Shown here: in pieces, positions 58,896 to 64,000 of the stretch
Layout: every line of letters begins with the position of its first letter
How positions within the stretch are numbered: position 1 is the stretch's first letter
IMG/VR virus record: IMGVR_UViG_2839026242_000001
Coordinates: 72,135 to 136,134 of that record
From: a virus
Taxonomy: Duplodnaviria > Caudoviricetes
Direction: 5' to 3' (one strand)
Length of the DNA: 64,000 nt
Program-made: the position numbers and the translations under genes
Notes under the pieces: model-generated
What the model was told of the DNA's origin: nothing
What the model saw: the letters and a program-made list of their open reading frames with translations, nothing else
Database searches by the model: none

Positions 58896-59666
58896 ATGCC
58901 TTTAGATAAAATTAATGGTAAAATTCGCGTTTATAACTATAGTACCTCACCAGTTGGGTTTCCAAGTCAACATAATCAGCAAGGCGTTTTCTTGCGTGGG
59001 CGCAGTGAAGATGAAGAGTATGTAGTTGAACGAGTAGCGTTTGATGATATTGAGGCGGAGAATTCTAAATCAGACTTATTTAAAGTGGGTCGTCTACGTT
59101 TTCATCCAGATGAAGAAAATGAGATTTATGAATTGCTTGGAATTGAAGATCGTGAAAACATTATGGATGATAAAGAATTAGCCCAAGTTCTTATGGATGA
59201 TTCTCTTGATAATCTTAAACGAATTAGCAAGATCAATTCAATGACTTTAATTACACGCATGAAGTCAATGTTGTTTGTGCTTGAGAGATCCGGTAAAAAT
59301 CCACCTCATAATACAGTTGAAGCAGTAACTGAACGATTAAATGAACTTAAAAATGGCGGCAAACGAATTCAAAATAGTGTAATTAATCGTATGCTTGAGG
59401 AAGATAAAAAGCGTCAAGAAGAAACTAAACTACAAGAAACAGTAAAAGACCTTGTTAAACAAGTTGAGATGCTTAAAAAGCAAAACGAGGAAAAAGATGA
59501 GATTATTGTGAAGTCTCAAACAGCCATCCATCAATTGCTTGACAAAGTTGAAACTTTGATTAGCGTTCCAAAAACTAAGCCAGATACTCTTTTAGAATCA
59601 AAAGAGACTAAAAATGAAACGAAGGATGAGAAAAAATCAAACAAAGCACCTAATAAAAGTAGGTGA
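58896..59666 (+). CDS. Virion-module protein (YonA-like position)
   Basis: ORF track, synteny. Confidence 0.6.
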   Translation: MPLDKINGKIRVYNYSTSPVGFPSQHNQQGVFLRGRSEDEEYVVERVAFDDIEAENSKSDLFKVGRLRFHPDEENEIYELLGIEDRENIMDDKELAQVLMDDSLDNLKRISKINSMTLITRMKSMLFVLERSGKNPPHNTVEAVTERLNELKNGGKRIQNSVINRMLEEDKKRQEETKLQETVKDLVKQVEMLKKQNEEKDEIIVKSQTAIHQLLDKVETLISVPKTKPDTLLESKETKNETKDEKKSNKAPNKSR

Positions 59667-60160
59667 ATAATTTGGCAACCTCTTATGGTTTGATCTTTGA
59701 TAAATTTATAAAAAAAATCAAAAATGATACCGATTTTTTTAACTATAGTGGCTTATCTGAATCAGATATTGAGTTACTTGTAAACGAACATTTAAATTCT
59801 TTGTTAGATAGGGCAGTTGATTTCATTTATCGGTATGGTGTTCCAGATGTTGATTTCCTTGATAGAGATGATTCATTGCAACAATTTAATGTCGAGCTGG
59901 TTAATCAAGAAATAACTCTATTGGCCGACATAATGTACTTTTCTTATGTAGAAGAGGAACGAAATAAAATCAAGTCATTTAGTATTACTTTTAGAAGTGA
60001 TGAACTTAATGTCTTCTCCCCTGCTAATGAAAGAAAAACTGTTTTGCGTATGATTGAATCACTAGAAGCATCTGTTGTAAATTCCATTCAAAATTACCTT
60101 GCAAGAGATCGGCACACATGGAAATACAAGAGTATTTATAACGGAGAAATCAATATATGA
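59663..60160 (+). CDS. Putative head-tail adaptor
   Basis: Synteny, size. Confidence 0.55.
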   Translation: MNNLATSYGLIFDKFIKKIKNDTDFFNYSGLSESDIELLVNEHLNSLLDRAVDFIYRYGVPDVDFLDRDDSLQQFNVELVNQEITLLADIMYFSYVEEERNKIKSFSITFRSDELNVFSPANERKTVLRMIESLEASVVNSIQNYLARDRHTWKYKSIYNGEINI

Positions 60161-61425
60161 ATATCTCAGATATTAACCGATACAGACGATTCGTGGAAAA
60201 TGGCGAATATCAAAACGGAGCAATACAGCGGTTAGCAGATATTTATTCTCAACAAAATTCTTCTGCCCTCTCTTCTATCGATATAATAATCAACTCAAAT
60301 CGAGCAAATGTAATTACTAAAGATGGAATTGAGTATAAGTGTGTAATTGATTTTGGTAAATTACCATCAAAAACAAATTTGACTAGTTATCAAATGAAAA
60401 ATTATCGTGTGGTTTGGACAAGACGAGTTGACGGTTTTAAGACTGGCGATATAGTTGAATACATTGACGCGGCACTATGTCGTAAATCTTATTTGTTTTT
60501 AAACACAGCTCCTACACGCGATAATTATGACATGAGTATCATGCAAGAGGCAGATGGATTCTTAAAATGGATTGATTTAGAAGGTATTGTAAGGACGACC
60601 CCTTTTACCCTGAAATCTTCTTACGGTCTTGGCTTACAAGAAGACAAAATTATGATTTTGTCCAAAGAGAGACGAGTAATCTTTATTCAGGCAAATGATG
60701 ATACCAAGCAAATAAAAAATGAACAAAGGTTTATTTTTGATGGACGTGCTTGGGAAGTTATCGCTTGGAATGGCCTGAAAGATGGACTCATTGAACTTAC
60801 ACTTGAAGAAACTCAATTTAATGATGCAAAAGACAATAGGGAATTGCAAATTGCAGATTACTACGGAAATGTTGCTCAGTACACAGTCAGCATTCTAAAT
60901 GGTACATCTGTGTCCATTTCGGACAAAGACACATTACAATTAAATGTTGCGGTAAGGAATAACGGGAGTCATATTGATAATCCAATTTTAACCTTTGTCT
61001 CTTCTGACGAAAATGTATTGACTGTCGATAAAAATGGACTGGTTATACCCGCTCAAGTTGGTTTTGCTAATATTACTGTATTGTATAAAAATGTTTCGTC
61101 AACTATACATGTCAATGTTACTCCATCGTTAGTAAATAATTATACTGCTGAGTTTATTGGTGCTACAGAAATTAAAATTAATCAAAGTGCAACTTATAAT
61201 GTGAAATTTTATAATAATGGAATTTCTATTCCCGACAAAGCAATCTTCTCTCTTGTGGCAGATGACGGTCTTTCAGCTACAAATCTTGCAAGCATTACTT
61301 CCTCAAATGATACTTCATGCACTGTAAAAGCAAACTCCACGATTGGATATATTCGCCTAAAAGTTATGAATCAAAATGGATTGATTAAAAATGAAATGAG
61401 AATAAAAATTAGGTCACTAATTTAG
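60157..61425 (+). CDS. Putative head-closure protein with C-terminal Ig-like (Big_2) domain
   Basis: FVSSDENVLTVDKNGLV...G.ANITV Ig-like motif. Confidence 0.65.
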   Translation: MNISDINRYRRFVENGEYQNGAIQRLADIYSQQNSSALSSIDIIINSNRANVITKDGIEYKCVIDFGKLPSKTNLTSYQMKNYRVVWTRRVDGFKTGDIVEYIDAALCRKSYLFLNTAPTRDNYDMSIMQEADGFLKWIDLEGIVRTTPFTLKSSYGLGLQEDKIMILSKERRVIFIQANDDTKQIKNEQRFIFDGRAWEVIAWNGLKDGLIELTLEETQFNDAKDNRELQIADYYGNVAQYTVSILNGTSVSISDKDTLQLNVAVRNNGSHIDNPILTFVSSDENVLTVDKNGLVIPAQVGFANITVLYKNVSSTIHVNVTPSLVNNYTAEFIGATEIKINQSATYNVKFYNNGISIPDKAIFSLVADDGLSATNLASITSSNDTSCTVKANSTIGYIRLKVMNQNGLIKNEMRIKIRSLI

Positions 61426-61439
61426 AAAGGATTGACTAT

Positions 61440-61958
61440 ATGGGACAAGCTATCATTCGTCTTTCTGAGCTATCTGTTGAAAGCTTTGTTACTAGTGGAG
61501 TTAATAATAATTATTTGGTTTTTAGTCCTCTCCCCTACTCTAAACAAAACAGTAGTGGAATTGATGGACATATTCAATTTAATGGTATTGTAGCTAATGA
61601 AATTGTGGAAGCTGATCTGGATGTTGCTCTTGCAAACCCAAGTACAGATTATGCTTTCTCAGTTGGGACAGACAATAAAATTAAACTAACATTTGACAAA
61701 TCTCTTCATGCAAGTAAGGCAGAAGCTTTGGTGGCGCTTAAGAATGTTGAGGTCGTTTATGAACTAGGTAATCTTAAACTAGATGGAGCGAATTACTCTT
61801 TGATTGCAAGAGACAGCACAGGCGAAGAAATTCACAGAACCACCCCTGTAACATTAGAACAAGCCACTCAAATTATCAGTACTTTAGATATGAGTCGTGA
61901 TTTCAATTCTGATGGATTTATTCGCTATGAACTAGTACATAACTTTATCGTTACTTAA
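61440..61958 (+). CDS. Hypothetical virion-module protein
   Basis: ORF track. Confidence 0.6.
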   Translation: MGQAIIRLSELSVESFVTSGVNNNYLVFSPLPYSKQNSSGIDGHIQFNGIVANEIVEADLDVALANPSTDYAFSVGTDNKIKLTFDKSLHASKAEALVALKNVEVVYELGNLKLDGANYSLIARDSTGEEIHRTTPVTLEQATQIISTLDMSRDFNSDGFIRYELVHNFIVT

Positions 61959-61972
61959 TTGGTGGTGATTTT

Positions 61973-62446
61973 TTGTCACGATTAAGAGATTTGAGTAAAG
62001 ACAAAATCACAATTATGGAAAGAATTATTAGCTCTCAAAATTTATGCAAAGCTCTAAAATATCCAAATAATAATTTTTTAGAACAGCCTGAACTTAGCGA
62101 TCCTAGTGAGTTGATTTATAAAAACATTTTTCCGTATCGCAAAGTTCCAAGCCAAAAAGATACAATTGGGAGTTTTATTGCATTATCTTTCGGTAGGTAT
62201 AAGCCTGTTCATAATGTATTCAAATCAGGACTTATTTATGTCTATGCTTTTACGAATATGGATTTAATTCAGACTGACTATGGAGTTTTAAGAACAGATT
62301 TCATTATTAGTGAAATTGATACAATTATGAATAGCAGTAAGGGTATTGGTATGGGGAAAGTTGAGTTTATTGATATGGATGAGGTTTATTTAAATGAACA
62401 GTATTTAGGTTATTACATTGCTTACAAGCTTTATGAGTTTAATTGA
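61973..62446 (+). CDS. Putative tail terminator/completion protein
   Basis: Synteny, size. Confidence 0.55.
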   Translation: MSRLRDLSKDKITIMERIISSQNLCKALKYPNNNFLEQPELSDPSELIYKNIFPYRKVPSQKDTIGSFIALSFGRYKPVHNVFKSGLIYVYAFTNMDLIQTDYGVLRTDFIISEIDTIMNSSKGIGMGKVEFIDMDEVYLNEQYLGYYIAYKLYEFN

Positions 62447-62463
62447 TGATGGAAGTGATTTGA

Positions 62464-63159
62464 GTGGATCGTTTAAGACAATTTATTGGTTTGCCACATG
62501 TCCTTCCTTCAGGTATTAAAATATACTCCCCTACAATTGACGCGATTGCCGAAATTGGCGAAGGAGTCTATAACCTTTATCTGTCCCTTGCAACCTTTAA
62601 TAAATACGATATAGTCACCAGTTTGTTCAAGCTAAGTCCAGAAGAATTGTCGGAAATTAATAAATTTGATGATTATGAATTTTTAATTTCAACTCCTCTT
62701 CTCCCTGAAATTGAAAATGCACTTTCCTTTTTTACTCAAAGTAAAGTTGTTTTTCGAGATTTTGCTTTTTATATAAGGGATAATATTTTTGTTAGTGTAG
62801 CAACGTATAACGAAATTTCAAATAAAATTAGAGAATTAAATGGATTATCAGAAAAAACCAAGTTAAAGTTTAGAAATGCAAGAGCAGAAAGAGATTACTA
62901 TCGCCTGCAAGAGTTGAGAAAAAAATATAATACAGACGATACTTTATCACTCAAAGATATGTGTTCTATCCTTTGTAATGCAGAAGGAAATGGGATCAAT
63001 ATATTCAATATTGGAAAGCTAACTATTTACCAAGTTTATGAACATTTTGAACGACTTTCTGTAAAAGAATCACATCGTAGAATGCTGAAAGTATGGGCAA
63101 ATGGACATCTAAAGGAAGATTTTAAATTGCAAGATTGGCTTGTAAAAACCAAACTTTAG
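62464..63159 (+). CDS. Tail-module hypothetical protein
   Basis: ORF track, synteny. Confidence 0.6.
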   Translation: MDRLRQFIGLPHVLPSGIKIYSPTIDAIAEIGEGVYNLYLSLATFNKYDIVTSLFKLSPEELSEINKFDDYEFLISTPLLPEIENALSFFTQSKVVFRDFAFYIRDNIFVSVATYNEISNKIRELNGLSEKTKLKFRNARAERDYYRLQELRKKYNTDDTLSLKDMCSILCNAEGNGINIFNIGKLTIYQVYEHFERLSVKESHRRMLKVWANGHLKEDFKLQDWLVKTKL

Positions 63160-63165
63160 TTAATT

Positions 63166-63190
63166 ACACAGCAATATGCTGTGTTTTTTT
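63166..63190 (+). terminator. Intrinsic terminator
   Basis: ACACAGCA-A-T-A-TGCTGTGT followed by a T-run. Confidence 0.75.
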
Positions 63191-63209
63191 ATTTTAAGGA
63201 GGATTATAA

Positions 63210-63974
63210 ATGGATTTAGGACGTTACGGATTGCGTGAAATATTAGATGCGGCTTTCATTGACTATGCAACTAATAAACCCTTTATGTACATGGATTATG
63301 CAAATGCTGCAACAAATGAATGGACTGCCGATGTAACTTATGCTACTGGTGGTTCAGGCGCTCCTCGGCGTATTAGTTTCTTTGGTAATAAACAGTCAAC
63401 TTTGACATTTGAAACTCAAATCTTCTCTATGAAACATCTAGCTATGATTGCTGGGCGTGATATTGAGTCAGCAACTCAAAATATTTTTAAACGTGAAGTC
63501 CTAACAGTAAAAGATGTTTCTGGTACAAAAACTATTACACTAGAAAAGACACCTTTAAACTTAACAAGCCTTACTGTTCTAAAATTTGAGAATGGCGTTG
63601 CTACAGAAGAGGTTACAGCAACTACAATTAATACTAAAGATGTAGAATTGTCTGGAACAAATGTAAATGTGGGAGATGAAGTTGAAGTATTTTACCAATG
63701 CACAACTGCTACAGAAGCACATAAGCTTAGCTTTACTGCTAAAGATTTCCCTAGGTATGTGAAAATTATTGGCAATACACAATTTGCTGATGAAGTTGCT
63801 GGTGAGTTAGTGTCGGCTCAACTTATTTATTACAAAGCACGACTTCAGCCAAACTTCACTCTTAATCTCTCCCCTACTGGAGATCCAACCAGTATCTCAA
63901 TGGTTTTTGATATTTTCCCACAAAAAGTAAACGGTGTAGATACACTTGCTGATTTGATTATTTATAATGATTAA
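63210..63974 (+). CDS. Putative major tail tube protein
   Basis: Synteny, strong RBS, beta-rich sequence with C-terminal GDP motif. Confidence 0.65.
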   Translation: MDLGRYGLREILDAAFIDYATNKPFMYMDYANAATNEWTADVTYATGGSGAPRRISFFGNKQSTLTFETQIFSMKHLAMIAGRDIESATQNIFKREVLTVKDVSGTKTITLEKTPLNLTSLTVLKFENGVATEEVTATTINTKDVELSGTNVNVGDEVEVFYQCTTATEAHKLSFTAKDFPRYVKIIGNTQFADEVAGELVSAQLIYYKARLQPNFTLNLSPTGDPTSISMVFDIFPQKVNGVDTLADLIIYND

Positions 63975-64000
63975 TAAAATGGGGCTGTCCAATAAGTCCC

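Noticed and set aside
44697-63782. Minus-strand ORFs in the late module
   Set aside because: Antisense shadows of well-supported plus-strand genes.

Overview
The window is an internal segment of a large, AT-rich SPbeta-like temperate phage or prophage of a Bacillales-type host. From about 44.2 kb onward the plus strand carries the conserved SPbeta-type late block: YonO-like single-subunit RNA polymerase, HU, PIN-PhoH, metallophosphoesterase, terminase, portal, scaffold/protease, major capsid, head-tail proteins and tail tube. The first 44 kb is almost entirely minus strand. It contains (i) a tyrosine recombinase, RecD2 helicase and primase-like module next to a DnaA-box cluster, (ii) a YonT/SR6-like type I toxin-antitoxin locus, (iii) an array of short genes with individual sigma-A promoters (about 23-38 kb), (iv) a long run of small, mostly promoterless genes (about 2-23 kb), including two tRNAs, a MazF/NdoA homologue, an AbrB homologue and an IS200/IS605 insertion, and (v) an arbitrium-like locus (aimR, an unannotated aimP ending in DDGERG, and a putative operator). 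The most striking unexplained structure is a degenerate 17-19 bp palindrome, ATNAAA-N5-7-TTTNAT. About 30 copies lie at gene junctions of the 2-23 kb array, often with the stop codon inside one arm. This looks like an integron-like, recombinase-shuffled gene-cassette array. All assignments come from reading the sequence; no database search was run.
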